A stretch of 58,218 nt of DNA. Origin: a virus. Its lineage: Duplodnaviria > Caudoviricetes. The position numbers were made by a program, and so were the translations under genes. Shown here piece after piece: positions 27,896 through 37,831 of this stretch (its first letter is position 1; each line of letters starts with the position of its first letter). Location: positions 1-58,218 of the IMG/VR virus record IMGVR_UViG_3300025138_000046, one strand, 5' to 3'. The notes under the pieces were generated by a model that was not told where the DNA came from, searched no databases, and saw only the letters and a program-made list of their open reading frames with translations.

Positions 27896-28000
27896 CCTTA
27901 TCTTTAATATGGTACCATTATACCACACTTATAAGGCTTTGTACACCTTTTTTTGAAAAAAAGTGTATATTTTTTATATCTATTTGTTATATGTAATTAT
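27896..28000. repeat. Promoter/leader cassette, copy 1 (imperfect ~105 bp repeat)
   Basis: CCTTATCTTTAATATGGTACCATTATACCAC...TGTACACCTTTTTTT...TTTTATATCTATTT is shared with 51763-51867. Confidence 0.85.
27917..27946 (-). promoter_or_regulatory. Early promoter
   Basis: GTGTACA-17-TATAAT. Confidence 0.8.
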
Positions 28001-28002
28001 GT

Positions 28003-28662
28003 TTATATAACGTCGTCAAGCGGGAATATTTGGTATATTGCCTCAGCACATGCCTTAGCTATCTCTTGATGTTCTTTCTGAGTACCATTAGCAGATCGTA
28101 ATTGTATATAATGAATCCAAGATCTTAGTGTTCCATTCACGTACATACGAGACATTGTCAAACCTTCAGGTAAAATTGCTCGTGCCTGTTCCTTTGCAAT
28201 ACCTGCGTTTATTGCCCAATCATATGCGTGTTTACAACGCTCAATAATGACTTCTTGATATGATTCCCATATATGATGTATAGAATCTTCCATAGGAATA
28301 TCAACGGAGTTTTGTCGATTTTTGTTATCTTGCATCCGAGCATCTCTCGTCACAAAGGTTAAATCTTTAGTAGGATCAGCATACCGCTGACTAAATTCCT
28401 GAAAAGAAAAAGATCGATGTCTAAGAATTTGTCTTGCGATATCCCGGGTTGTATCAATTTCCATACAGACACTGGCCATCTCAAGAGGTGACCAGTGCTG
28501 ATGTTTAATCAAATATTTAACTAATTTCTCTGCGGTTTCTTCATTATTTTGGTTACTAGGATTCGACACCCTAGCGCAATATGCTACCATTTGTAACAAA
28601 TCATCTTTCAAATCAACGCCAATTGCTGGCTTACTATACGAAACTACACGAACCTTAAACAT
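28003..28662 (-). CDS. thyX: Flavin-dependent thymidylate synthase
   Basis: HWSPLE, RHRSFSFQEFSQRY, EQAR..LP and TQ.EH motifs. Confidence 0.95.
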   Translation of the reverse strand: MFKVRVVSYSKPAIGVDLKDDLLQMVAYCARVSNPSNQNNEETAEKLVKYLIKHQHWSPLEMASVCMEIDTTRDIARQILRHRSFSFQEFSQRYADPTKDLTFVTRDARMQDNKNRQNSVDIPMEDSIHHIWESYQEVIIERCKHAYDWAINAGIAKEQARAILPEGLTMSRMYVNGTLRSWIHYIQLRSANGTQKEHQEIAKACAEAIYQIFPLDDVI

Positions 28663-28679
28663 GGTTTATCCTTGTTATA

Positions 28680-29309
28680 TTAGAAATTAAGAGTTAAGTT
28701 TATTGCGGCTGAATCCATAAATGTGCCTGATCTTACTCCATCCATTACCATTAATCCAATCGTTAGATTTTCTGTTACGGGCTTTGCGATCATCAACATC
28801 ACATGAGACATTTCAGTTTCAGCAACTTTATGTTCAGCATATCCAATTGACACATTAGCTGCTTTAATAAATGGCAATGCTTGTGATACTTCTAAATAAC
28901 TTAGATGTGCATCAACAGTATTGCGGTAATATTTCATACTTGTGTTTTTCCAAGAAGCTCCAAAATAAACTTCTTCGAAAGGATCATAATCACTACCATC
29001 AAAGTTATATTGAATAACACCCAAGTCTACACTAATATCGTCAGTTAAATCCGTGCTGTAACCAGCATAAAAATCATATTCAACATTAGCCGTGTCGCCA
29101 TAATCTACTTCACTGGCCCATGCTCCAGCATAAAAACCTGATTCATGGTTATAATCTATACCTGCTTGTAAAGCAACATTTCCTGCATTTTGTGACATGC
29201 CTCTCCAAAAATAATCTGAAGTGACCGAAACATTATATGAAGTATCTGCTTGAGCGGTAAACGATGTTACCATTAAAAGAGAGCATAAGAATGTTTTTAA
29301 ACTATTCAC
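28680..29309 (-). CDS. TorF-family putative outer-membrane porin (TIGR02001-like)
   Basis: Signal peptide ending AQA, SDYFWRG.SQ...ALQAG.DY, GFYAGAW and a C-terminal Phe; GTG start with AGGAG RBS. Confidence 0.8.
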   Translation of the reverse strand: MNSLKTFLCSLLMVTSFTAQADTSYNVSVTSDYFWRGMSQNAGNVALQAGIDYNHESGFYAGAWASEVDYGDTANVEYDFYAGYSTDLTDDISVDLGVIQYNFDGSDYDPFEEVYFGASWKNTSMKYYRNTVDAHLSYLEVSQALPFIKAANVSIGYAEHKVAETEMSHVMLMIAKPVTENLTIGLMVMDGVRSGTFMDSAAINLTLNF

Positions 29310-29470
29310 TACGCTTCTCCTTTTACTAGAGTATATATACCCCACGCCAAACCTGCCCATGCTACTAGTTTAGCAATACCGCCAAACAACACGACTGAGC
29401 CGCATACCACGATGAGTGACACCCCATCCAAGGAAGTTCTTTCTTTGATTCTATCTTTTATCCAATTCAT
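29309..29470 (-). CDS. Small two-TM membrane protein (53 aa)
   Basis: Hand-translated MNWIKDRIKERTSLDGVSLIVVCG...; AGGAG RBS. Confidence 0.65.
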   Translation of the reverse strand: MNWIKDRIKERTSLDGVSLIVVCGSVVLFGGIAKLVAWAGLAWGIYTLVKGEA

Positions 29471-29479
29471 ATTTTTCTC

Positions 29480-30868
29480 CTATACTTTGAATTCCGCAAA
29501 CGTATCTTTATTTTCTCTATCTCCCCACGTTGCGATTGGTTTATCGGGGATACTCATATCTGACATTATATCAGATTGAGCTGATTCTTCTACATCGTAC
29601 AATTTCATTCTTGCACGATCAATACCGACCACAAATCTTTTATATTTCGTCGGATCGTTATATCTGTTTTTAAGTTGTTTAACCATAACTTGGTTTAGTT
29701 CATCTAATTCTTCTGTTGCAATAAGAGCAAACATTAAATCAGCCGTGGCAGGTAATCCAAAAGATTCTGAAGTATCTTCTAGTCCTACATCAGTATTACT
29801 AAAGCCGGATCTTGTCGTTTGAGTTGCTGTCATAATTGGAACATTAAACTCAATTGCCAAACCACGTAATTCTTCAGCAATAGCTTTTATGTAAGTGTAA
29901 CTATTTATACTTCCACCCATTGCTTTCATACGAGAAGATGAACATATGTTCAGGTAATCTATGTATATGATATTAGGTTCAAACTTCTTCTTCATCTTTA
30001 ATTCATTTAATAATGCCCTGAAATGGCCGGAATGTGCAGCACCAGTAGGATACTCTTTAATAAGTAACTTGCCGATAGTGCCTTTTGCTATTTTTTGTAT
30101 TTTTTCAGCAAACACATTTTTAGGTAACGATTCAAGTTGTTGAATAGGTAGATCCATTAGATTCGCATCAATACGTTCAGCGATTCTTTCTTCTGCCATT
30201 TCCATTGTAATATATAGAACATTCTTACCTTGTTGTAATACTGAAGCTGCATTGTGACACATGAATAATGATTTACCAACACCAGTACCAGCCAAACACA
30301 CATTAAGAGTTTTATTTGGAATGCCGCCTTTAGTAATCTTATTAAAGTATTCAAGATCCCAGGGAATTCTTTCTTCTGTTTTATTGTAAAAATCAAAACG
30401 AGCATCGGAATCATCAATGTAATCATGACCAATTGCTTGATCAAATGAAACTCCTAATGCAGTAGATAATATCTCGGGGATTGCACCTTCGCTTTTTTCT
30501 TCATCTTTACCATCAATAATGCCAATTGACTCCATAATAGCAATATAGACCGCTCTATCTTTGCACCACTTCTCAGTTTCGTTTATAAGGTAATCAGTGT
30601 CTAAATCAGTTTGTGTATTAATCTCGTTAATTAACATCGAAGACTGATTTAATATGTCGTCTGGTGCTGAAACTTTTTGTAGCTCAATATCTAATACTCT
30701 ACCTGTTGGTAGTTTATTATGTGTTGCTACGAATCCTACAATCAAATCGAATACTACTTTATGACAACCTTCGAAATAATCTTTCTGAAGGTATGGTATT
30801 ACGCGACGGCAGTATTCTTCGTTATTTAGTAGATGACTTAGTACGTGTGTTGGTATCTCGTTCTGCAA
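29480..30868 (-). CDS. 41: Replicative DNA helicase gp41
   Basis: AGTGVGKS, EMAEE, IDYLN, SESFGLP and QLKNRY motifs. Confidence 0.95.
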   Translation of the reverse strand: MQNEIPTHVLSHLLNNEEYCRRVIPYLQKDYFEGCHKVVFDLIVGFVATHNKLPTGRVLDIELQKVSAPDDILNQSSMLINEINTQTDLDTDYLINETEKWCKDRAVYIAIMESIGIIDGKDEEKSEGAIPEILSTALGVSFDQAIGHDYIDDSDARFDFYNKTEERIPWDLEYFNKITKGGIPNKTLNVCLAGTGVGKSLFMCHNAASVLQQGKNVLYITMEMAEERIAERIDANLMDLPIQQLESLPKNVFAEKIQKIAKGTIGKLLIKEYPTGAAHSGHFRALLNELKMKKKFEPNIIYIDYLNICSSSRMKAMGGSINSYTYIKAIAEELRGLAIEFNVPIMTATQTTRSGFSNTDVGLEDTSESFGLPATADLMFALIATEELDELNQVMVKQLKNRYNDPTKYKRFVVGIDRARMKLYDVEESAQSDIMSDMSIPDKPIATWGDRENKDTFAEFKV

Positions 30869-31151
30869 GTTTTGTTGTCCCTTCGTTAATAATATGTGTT
30901 AATAAATCGCCGAGATAATTATTAAATTTCTCGTCTTCTTTCAATGTGTCGTGGTCAAAATCACCTGGATCGTTAATGTTATAAGTAAATGACAAAGTTG
31001 CCATATCTAGCTCCGGAGATTCTTTAATAGAAACTGTTCCATAAATAAACCTTACTCCATCATAAGGAGAATTCTCATTTAAATGTATAGCATAAAAGTC
31101 CGATTCTGGGTGTTCTACAGTTATATAATGATTATCCATATTTTTTATCAT
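30822..31151 (-). CDS. Hypothetical protein in the gp40 position
   Basis: Synteny between uvsX and 41; YG.V and GD.L motifs. Confidence 0.6.
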   Translation of the reverse strand: MIKNMDNHYITVEHPESDFYAIHLNENSPYDGVRFIYGTVSIKESPELDMATLSFTYNINDPGDFDHDTLKEDEKFNNYLGDLLTHIINEGTTKLAERDTNTRTKSSTK

Positions 31152-32200
31152 TGTTCTTGCTCTATATCTAATTCTACGTCTAATAATGGTTTATGTCCTA
31201 TTTGGTAGTGGCCAATTAAGAACTCTTTAAAGTTGGTAGTTTCAAATATTGGTTTCCAGAAATCCTCGTTTAGCGTATCTTTCTCTCTTACCTTCGGCTG
31301 AACAAGTTCACCAGTTTCCATGTCTACTCTACAATACCAACCTACATTTGGTTTTTGAACATATCCACCAGCTAATGCTACATCTAGTAGTCCAGAGTAT
31401 GGCGCGATGCCTCCTTCCCATGTTACTGTAATTGGAATCTTAGATTTTTCTTTTACAAATCTAGACTTTTCTACATTGATTACAAAATTGTAACCTTTAA
31501 TTTCTGTACCAGTCTTTTGTTGCTGTCTTCCGATAATCCAAATGTTATCTGCTGAATAATAAATACCAGTACCACCTGAAACAATCGCTTTAGGAAATAA
31601 TCCGATTTCTTGATACGTATGATTAACAGCAAGCAAAGGAATATTCTTCATAGCCAGATAAGGAGTGACCATTCTGAATAGACCTTTAAGTGCTTTAGCT
31701 CTTGACATGTCAGCAACTGACTTTTCGTTCAGCGCATCTTCTAATTCTTTCTTAGAAGCTAAGTTACCAATAGAATCTATAACAACAATAACTTTGTCGT
31801 TACGATCTAAATTTTCTAATTGGCCAACAATATCAAATTTTAATTGTTCGACATCTGTTATTGGAGTGTGTAATACTCGTTGCGTATCTATACCAAAAGA
31901 TTCAAAGTATGATTGAGGTGAACCGAATTCAGAATCATAAAATAACAATACTGCATCGCTATGTTCTTTTAGATATGCACCTGCCATTAATAACGCAAAT
32001 GAAGTTTTAAAATGCTTCGATGGGCCTGCTAGTACAGTTAAACCTGGACTTAAGCCTCCATCGGGATCTCCAGATAACGCAACGTTTATCATTGGTACTT
32101 CTGTTGCAGTCATTTCTTTTTCGCTAAAGAACACTGAATCTGCTAATATGTCCGATGTTTTAATTTTCGAATTCTTTTTTAGTTTATCCATCACTGACAT
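31148..32200 (-). CDS. uvsX: RecA-like recombinase UvsX
   Basis: AGPSKHFKT, DSEFG, IDSIGN and KSRFVKE motifs. Confidence 0.95.
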   Translation of the reverse strand: MSVMDKLKKNSKIKTSDILADSVFFSEKEMTATEVPMINVALSGDPDGGLSPGLTVLAGPSKHFKTSFALLMAGAYLKEHSDAVLLFYDSEFGSPQSYFESFGIDTQRVLHTPITDVEQLKFDIVGQLENLDRNDKVIVVIDSIGNLASKKELEDALNEKSVADMSRAKALKGLFRMVTPYLAMKNIPLLAVNHTYQEIGLFPKAIVSGGTGIYYSADNIWIIGRQQQKTGTEIKGYNFVINVEKSRFVKEKSKIPITVTWEGGIAPYSGLLDVALAGGYVQKPNVGWYCRVDMETGELVQPKVREKDTLNEDFWKPIFETTNFKEFLIGHYQIGHKPLLDVELDIEQEQ

Positions 32201-32478
32201 TATCTTTTTCTCCTTCCGAATTGTGTTTGTTCCATAGACCTTAATTGTCTTTTATGGCGCGATATAGCTTCGGCTTTTTTACGCTTACGCTTTGCTGTTG
32301 GCTTTTCGTAGAATTCTTTTTTACGGACATCTTGTAAGATACCTGCAGCTTCTACAGCCTTTTTAAACTTTCGTAAAGCAACATCAAACGGCATATCTTG
32401 TGGCGGACGATCGTCACGTTTTCCTTTCCGATTTTTGTTAAACTTTCTTGGTTGTGCTTTTAAATTAATACTTGGCAT
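32200..32478 (-). CDS. rpsU: Ribosomal protein bS21
   Basis: [15 protein letters not shown]...[15 protein letters not shown]. Confidence 0.9.
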   Translation of the reverse strand: MPSINLKAQPRKFNKNRKGKRDDRPPQDMPFDVALRKFKKAVEAAGILQDVRKKEFYEKPTAKRKRKKAEAISRHKRQLRSMEQTQFGRRKR

Positions 32479-32509
32479 AGTTCCTCTTCTTTTATTTTGT
32501 ATATGGTAT

Positions 32510-32539
32510 ATTATAACATGAAATCTGTCAATTGTACAC
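32510..32539 (-). promoter_or_regulatory. Early promoter (rpsU-uvsX-41)
   Basis: GTGTACA-17-TATAAT, embedded in the 3' end of the upstream ORF. Confidence 0.75.
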
Positions 32540-33464
32540 AGTTAATTGCCCAATTTTTTCTTCGATAACATTCTGGTGATAGATGCACCGAAGAGACACT
32601 TTCCATTTTGTCTTTGGCGTATTGCTCACTATTCATAGTAAGCCATTCTTCAGGGTATTTGACTCGCGTCATACCCAGTTCATCCATGCAAGATATCCAT
32701 TCAGATAAGGCTTGCATTCTTTCTTCTCGGGATCCCCAAAAAGGCTGGCCTTTATAATAGCCAGTTTTTGGCAATTTACGCTCTTCAAACTCAATGGGCC
32801 ATGGAGTAGAATACTCTACCTTTATACCCTTTTGCTCTAGTTCATCACCAAATTTTTTCCATGATTGTAACATAGGCTTTATATCAGCCTTTAGTCTGCA
32901 AACATGATGTCTAATATCTATATTTCCGAATGACATAGTAATACCCCTTGGAAAACATTCTTCTATATGCTGTATAACATATTCAAAATCTGTTTTTATT
33001 TGACCATTAAGAGTTAAGCCATCCGTTTTAATTACAAGTGAATTTTCTTTTGCGTATGCTGCAGTATGTGAGTCGCCTATTGTTAACCATTTGATATCTA
33101 CAATATCTGTAGATTTTAATCTTTTTGCAGTTTTACATTTCTCAGTTACTTTATCGCACCAATCTTTATCGGTAACATCTTTACGTTTCTTTAGCATTTC
33201 GCCATAGTCAGGCATATCGATGTCTAATGAATATATTACTTTAGCTTCTAAAAAGTTATTTATTCTATCTTTTAATTCATCATTGAATCCTGAAAATAAA
33301 TTTAGAGATCCACCGAAGTTTACTCCATGATCTAAATATAATACTTCGACATAATCTCCGTTATGATTAATGTCAACTCCAAGGTTTTCTGACCAGGTTC
33401 TAGCCCACCCAAAACCGTGGCTATTTTTTTTCTTTGGTATTTTATTAAATGTTCCTGTTATCAT
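32511..33464 (-). CDS. Protein with SGNH-hydrolase-like C-terminal domain
   Basis: IGDSH (block I), FGNIDIR (block III) and SVHLSP (block V-like). Confidence 0.55.
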   Translation of the reverse strand: MITGTFNKIPKKKNSHGFGWARTWSENLGVDINHNGDYVEVLYLDHGVNFGGSLNLFSGFNDELKDRINNFLEAKVIYSLDIDMPDYGEMLKKRKDVTDKDWCDKVTEKCKTAKRLKSTDIVDIKWLTIGDSHTAAYAKENSLVIKTDGLTLNGQIKTDFEYVIQHIEECFPRGITMSFGNIDIRHHVCRLKADIKPMLQSWKKFGDELEQKGIKVEYSTPWPIEFEERKLPKTGYYKGQPFWGSREERMQALSEWISCMDELGMTRVKYPEEWLTMNSEQYAKDKMESVSSVHLSPECYRRKNWAINCVQLTDFML

Positions 33465-34336
33465 AAATTTTTATCCCAGTCTCTATAACTATCAATTGTT
33501 TCATATATCATTTCATTATCTAATGTAGGCTCTGGCCCAACATTCCAAAATAAAATATCTCTTCCTGTATTTTTTGGTATGTACTTCCACACCTTTCCGT
33601 CATATGTGTCGATACACGGGAATGGTGGAAGGTTCTCTGTTTTTTCTGAAGCCATGAATTGTTTAGGTTCACTTATAACAGCAGCCCTTCCTAATTCTCC
33701 AGCTTTCATGTTTCTAGACACTGCAACAGATGTAAATTTTGCATTTGGCCATGCAATCTGAAGCGCTCTGGTTAGCACACCTGTAGAAGTGGCTACATAA
33801 ACTTCGTTTGGTGCGCGTAGGGCACTCGCAACCTTCACCATTCCAGCAGTAACCATCTCATGTTTTAAACCTAATGGTACGAAATAATATCCGTTTTTTC
33901 TTGCATCTTCTAAGGCTATTTTGTTTAAATTTGGCATTGCTGCTATTCTATGGAAACTAACATCGGCTCCTTGCTCAATACAACAAGCTTGATGATGAGA
34001 TATTCTCTTGCTAGATGGCATGTATAGCCTTACTTTTTTGTTATGTCTTTTAGCGGCATCTAATATACTCACACCAGCTAAACCGGTTCGTGGTTGAACA
34101 TATGCGATTGTTTCTTCCTTAATAGTACTTATTAAACAATCTCCACCTCTAGTTTTAGACCCTACAATTAAGTCATCTCTAATAACTCTAATACCGTCAT
34201 GTATAACCTCGACTGGAGCTGGATTTGGATCTTCCCAATTCTTGGCTAATTCTAAATAATATTCCTTAGCTTCCTCCGGTTGCATTAGTCCGATGTCTTT
34301 ATTGAATCCGTCTTCTACGTGATTATTATGAGGCAT
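33461..34336 (-). CDS. PLP-dependent enzyme (fold type II)
   Basis: IRDDL..GSKTRG with the Schiff-base Lys, ATSTG phosphate loop, YDGK.W and LFWNVG. Confidence 0.75.
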   Translation of the reverse strand: MPHNNHVEDGFNKDIGLMQPEEAKEYYLELAKNWEDPNPAPVEVIHDGIRVIRDDLIVGSKTRGGDCLISTIKEETIAYVQPRTGLAGVSILDAAKRHNKKVRLYMPSSKRISHHQACCIEQGADVSFHRIAAMPNLNKIALEDARKNGYYFVPLGLKHEMVTAGMVKVASALRAPNEVYVATSTGVLTRALQIAWPNAKFTSVAVSRNMKAGELGRAAVISEPKQFMASEKTENLPPFPCIDTYDGKVWKYIPKNTGRDILFWNVGPEPTLDNEMIYETIDSYRDWDKNL

Positions 34337-35501
34337 TGCGTATATCCTTATCCATCATCAAATGTTGTACCATAGCCTTATAATCATTTGCTGTTAAATT
34401 ATTATCGTCTAACACTTTTAAATCTGAAGGATGTGATTTCATTCCATTGAACGTTTCTATTAAACCAAGTTCTAACATTGGTTTTTGTCTACCTCTCGGG
34501 TGATCTTTAATGTCGCTACTAGACCATAGGTTATCATAATCAAGATGAGCATAATCATTACCAGGTCTGACATAATTTTCTACCCATCTAATGTAGTCAC
34601 AACAAACATCTTCTGCATTATAAGGAACACTTCCAGTGTCACTATAAATTTGCATCATAACTTCATCTAAAAAATCTTCTTTCTTTAATTTATTATTGTT
34701 GATTCCTAAATATGAGATGCATTCAACCGCATTAGTTCCGTAATAAAACATACTCTCAGTATTAACCAAATGTGGAAACCAATCTGCTATATCAGCTACG
34801 ACTGCAGCATATTGAAATGCGTATCGTCTTAAACCGTTTTCAACATTCCATTTTAACATGAATTCACCAACTTCTCTAAGATCTTTTTTGCCTGGAATAG
34901 CCAAGAAGTGAGATAATTTTTTTGCCAGTATCGGAGCATATTCACATAAGAAATAGTCTCCGCCCTTTTTATAATCAGATGTTGGTTTTGGAAATGCTGG
35001 GAATTGATATCCAATTGAAGTATAAAATGGCTTTCCTAATTTACCTTCAGCTTTAATAATCTTTTTCATATCGTTAATGTCTTCAGCTAGGTGTAGCTTA
35101 AACAATAGCGTATTGTGATATCCAGAAGGCTTGGTTCCGTAATTAATCGCAGAGCCCGTAACTCTATGTAGAATAAACAAATATAACCAAGTTTCTAATG
35201 AATGTGTTTTTCCAGTCCAGTTTTTTGCAACAAGCTCTCTTTGTGCTGTTGCCTGGCCAGCTTGCATTCTGTCCCAATACGGATGTTTATCAGTCCAACC
35301 ATAAAATATATCGTTAATAATCTGAGAAAATCCGGCATATTTACGCTCGACTACATCATATAGCTCAACGTTTTCCATTAGATCATCATTCATACAGCTT
35401 TCCATATGAGGCATGAAATTAGGAACATTACACTTTATCTGTTGATCTTTAGCCAACTCAAAGTACTTTAAAAAATCGTAATAGTATTCAGTTTTTTTCA
35501 T
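34326..35501 (-). CDS. Putative amino acid:DNA transferase (aGPT-pyrophosphorylase-like)
   Basis: N-terminal YDVVER, mid ADI....P and C-terminal AEDVCCDYIRW resembling the ExxxC(D/E) motif; context next to a PLP enzyme and a hydroxymethylase. Confidence 0.5.
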   Translation of the reverse strand: MKKTEYYYDFLKYFELAKDQQIKCNVPNFMPHMESCMNDDLMENVELYDVVERKYAGFSQIINDIFYGWTDKHPYWDRMQAGQATAQRELVAKNWTGKTHSLETWLYLFILHRVTGSAINYGTKPSGYHNTLLFKLHLAEDINDMKKIIKAEGKLGKPFYTSIGYQFPAFPKPTSDYKKGGDYFLCEYAPILAKKLSHFLAIPGKKDLREVGEFMLKWNVENGLRRYAFQYAAVVADIADWFPHLVNTESMFYYGTNAVECISYLGINNNKLKKEDFLDEVMMQIYSDTGSVPYNAEDVCCDYIRWVENYVRPGNDYAHLDYDNLWSSSDIKDHPRGRQKPMLELGLIETFNGMKSHPSDLKVLDDNNLTANDYKAMVQHLMMDKDIRNAS

Positions 35502-35785
35502 AATATAGTAAACAGATTCCTTAGCAAAAATAATAAACCTACGCCATTAAGTAAAATAAGCGCGCGATCTTGCCAGATAATAGATACCCACAGCCAAAGG
35601 GAAATACCTGTAGCCGATAATACAACATCGTAATATTGATATCCGTCAATGCCTCTAATTGACATTGCACTTAATACAAAAACCGATGCGATCCATTTAA
35701 TGTACCAATCTAATGTATATTTCGGTGTAGCACTTTTAAATATTCGCTTACTGTTTTTGATTTCGTTCGGATCAAAATCTGCCAT
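35498..35785 (-). CDS. Small multi-TM membrane protein
   Basis: DWYIKW.AS...W.DRALI.LN hydrophobic pattern; start refined. Confidence 0.65.
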   Translation of the reverse strand: MADFDPNEIKNSKRIFKSATPKYTLDWYIKWIASVFVLSAMSIRGIDGYQYYDVVLSATGISLWLWVSIIWQDRALILLNGVGLLFLLRNLFTIL

Positions 35786-35786
35786 A

Positions 35787-35987
35787 CTATTCATCGCTAT
35801 GTAATGTTTTATGTTTTTCGTTACGTTCATATTTGCTTTTGTCTTTGTGAACTTTAGTAGAACCGTGATCTGGTGTAGTCTTTCTCACTTTAGGTTTACC
35901 AAATATAGCATCCCAATTATCTCTACCTTGCTTAGATAGGGATTTTGATCGTATACTATCTCCAGTTATATCGTTTTTAGTTACCAT
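35787..35987 (-). CDS. Hypothetical protein
   Basis: KNDITGD.I.SK and NWD.IF motifs. Confidence 0.65.
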   Translation of the reverse strand: MVTKNDITGDSIRSKSLSKQGRDNWDAIFGKPKVRKTTPDHGSTKVHKDKSKYERNEKHKTLHSDE

Positions 35988-35999
35988 AATATTACTTAA

Positions 36000-36278
36000 T
36001 TAAATTCCAACTTGATACATTGGTAGGTCAATTGGTAATTCTAGTTGCAATTCCTTTTCAGCACAACTAGAACATTTAACTTCAGCTCCGTCAATAAGAA
36101 TATCAACCTTTTTAAAAAATAGACATCCTTCTGAATTGGTTGTTAACAAAAATGTATCACCAATATTAAATGGAGTTTGGTTGATTTTTAATAGACAGTT
36201 TGGTTCTAGTTTACTGTCTACATCTGTAAAAGTTAATCCTGCTTGGTTCATTTCAAATTTGTAATCTACATATAACAT
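36000..36278 (-). CDS. Hypothetical protein
   Basis: GAGGA RBS just after the tRNA. Confidence 0.6.
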   Translation of the reverse strand: MLYVDYKFEMNQAGLTFTDVDSKLEPNCLLKINQTPFNIGDTFLLTTNSEGCLFFKKVDILIDGAEVKCSSCAEKELQLELPIDLPMYQVGI

Positions 36279-36296
36279 TTTTCTTTCCTCTTTTTT

Positions 36297-36373
36297 TGGC
36301 GCGTCCTGGAGGATTCGAACCTCCGACCTACGGCTTAGAAGGCCGTTGCTCTATCCAGCTGAGCTAAGAACGC
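36297..36373 (-). tRNA. tRNA-Arg (anticodon TCT)
   Basis: GCGTTCTTAGCTCAGCTGGATAGAGCAACGGCCTTCTAAGCCGTAGGTCGGAGGTTCGAATCCTCCAGGACGCGCCA: full cloverleaf with encoded CCA. Confidence 0.95.
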
Positions 36374-36380
36374 TTCATTC

Positions 36381-36842
36381 TTAGTCTATGAAGTCATAAG
36401 TTATACCGGCTTCGGTAAACAGCTTTTTAGTTAACTCTGTTGATTCAACCCACCTTTCTGGCATTGAATCGTCAATTTCTTTTGTTACTACTCTGGTTAC
36501 TCCAACTTGTATAATGCCTTTAGCGCATTCTGAACAAACCGGTAATCCGTGTATATACAATGTTGCACCGTCTAGTGATGTTCCATTATATGTCGCATTG
36601 TAAATACAATTCATTTCCGCATGTACTACATGTTGATATTTAGTAACTTTATTTTGATACATAGTATCGCTATCAGATATTCCACGTGGAAATCCATTGT
36701 AACCCTGGGCTAAAACTTGCCCCTTAGATCCTACTGCAATTGCTCCTACTTTTCTTGATGGGTCTTTTGACCACAACGCAATGTGTTGGGCCAAAGCTAT
36801 ATATCTTTTATCCCATTTGTAAATTTTAGTTGATTCCCACAT
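36381..36842 (-). CDS. cd: dCMP deaminase
   Basis: SKDP, GYNG, HAEMN and C..C motifs. Confidence 0.92.
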   Translation of the reverse strand: MWESTKIYKWDKRYIALAQHIALWSKDPSRKVGAIAVGSKGQVLAQGYNGFPRGISDSDTMYQNKVTKYQHVVHAEMNCIYNATYNGTSLDGATLYIHGLPVCSECAKGIIQVGVTRVVTKEIDDSMPERWVESTELTKKLFTEAGITYDFID

Positions 36843-36843
36843 A

Positions 36844-37500
36844 TTATACTACTAAATCAAAATGACGTTCGTAAACGTGTAGGTTTTGTACTTGCCAATG
36901 GATTTGACCAACGTCAACTCCGAGCTCATCGGCTAATTCCCCAAGAACATATTCTTGCCAAGCATAATCATTGCGGTAACCAAATATTACATCATTAGAT
37001 CTCATTTGAACTACACATTCTAATACATCGTCTCGTATATAATACGTAACTGCATTAGTGCATATAAAATCGTTCTTTTCATTTTCATACCACTCGTGCC
37101 AAATAGAAGGTCTTTGATATACCATACTAGCTCTACGCGAATCTCTATTTCTAGTAAGTTCTAGTACAACTTGTTCAAATTGATTATGATACTTTTCACT
37201 GAAAATTAAGTGTCCGTAATTTGAATTAATTTCGCCATGATCATTAGCAGTCATTTTCCATGCTTCCGGTGGTTCACGCTCACCACGATAAATATCGTTA
37301 ATATTTGTAGATTGATGTATATACCAATCTATTTCAGCGTCGATGTAATGTTTGTTGGGTTTGCCAAAAATAGCAGGTTCGTCAGCAACAAAGGATGCAC
37401 CGATTAACTCAATAGTTTTACCGCCATTTCTGTCTTCGGTAAACATTTTGTTTAAAAGTCTGGCTTTAAATAAACCTCGAATTTCGCTTATACTATTCAT
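36844..37500 (-). CDS. 42: dCMP hydroxymethylase-like thymidylate-synthase-family protein (gp42)
   Basis: TIELIGASFVADEP, EINSNYG, DSRR, DFICTN, MRSNDVIFGYRNDYAWQ and LHVY match recalled T4 gp42 motifs, including the dCMP-specifying Asp. Confidence 0.85.
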   Translation of the reverse strand: MNSISEIRGLFKARLLNKMFTEDRNGGKTIELIGASFVADEPAIFGKPNKHYIDAEIDWYIHQSTNINDIYRGEREPPEAWKMTANDHGEINSNYGHLIFSEKYHNQFEQVVLELTRNRDSRRASMVYQRPSIWHEWYENEKNDFICTNAVTYYIRDDVLECVVQMRSNDVIFGYRNDYAWQEYVLGELADELGVDVGQIHWQVQNLHVYERHFDLVV

Positions 37501-37802
37501 TTTTTATACCTATCGTCGAGTTCTGGATGTTCTGCGCAATGCATCATTAAGATCATTAATTGAGTTGCGGCATGAGATAAATGTGTTTTACCAGATTCTG
37601 GATCTAGGTCTTCACCTGCATGCCAAGCGTTAAGATGTCGTTGGATTGAAGAATAAGTTCGCAACTTGCTCGTTGAATCGCCGTCATCACGCCAGTTGTT
37701 TACACCATACTTTTCGGCGCCGAAGCCAAAGACTTCTGCGATTTCTAATAATGCTTCTGGTGGTATTAAAGCTAATGGAGCTTTGCCTTCATCGAATTTC
37801 AT
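37497..37802 (-). CDS. dATP/dGTP diphosphohydrolase-domain protein (DUF5664-like)
   Basis: KFD.GK, GA.KY...NW, RHL, D.ESG..HL.HA and DDR motifs. Confidence 0.8.
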   Translation of the reverse strand: MKFDEGKAPLALIPPEALLEIAEVFGFGAEKYGVNNWRDDGDSTSKLRTYSSIQRHLNAWHAGEDLDPESGKTHLSHAATQLMILMMHCAEHPELDDRYKK

Positions 37803-37831
37803 AATAATGCCTTTTTGATTTTGATATGGTT

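Noticed and set aside
36844-37500. Second ordinary thymidylate synthase or dUMP hydroxymethylase
   Set aside because: It has Asp at the specificity position and gp42-type motifs, and ThyX is already present.
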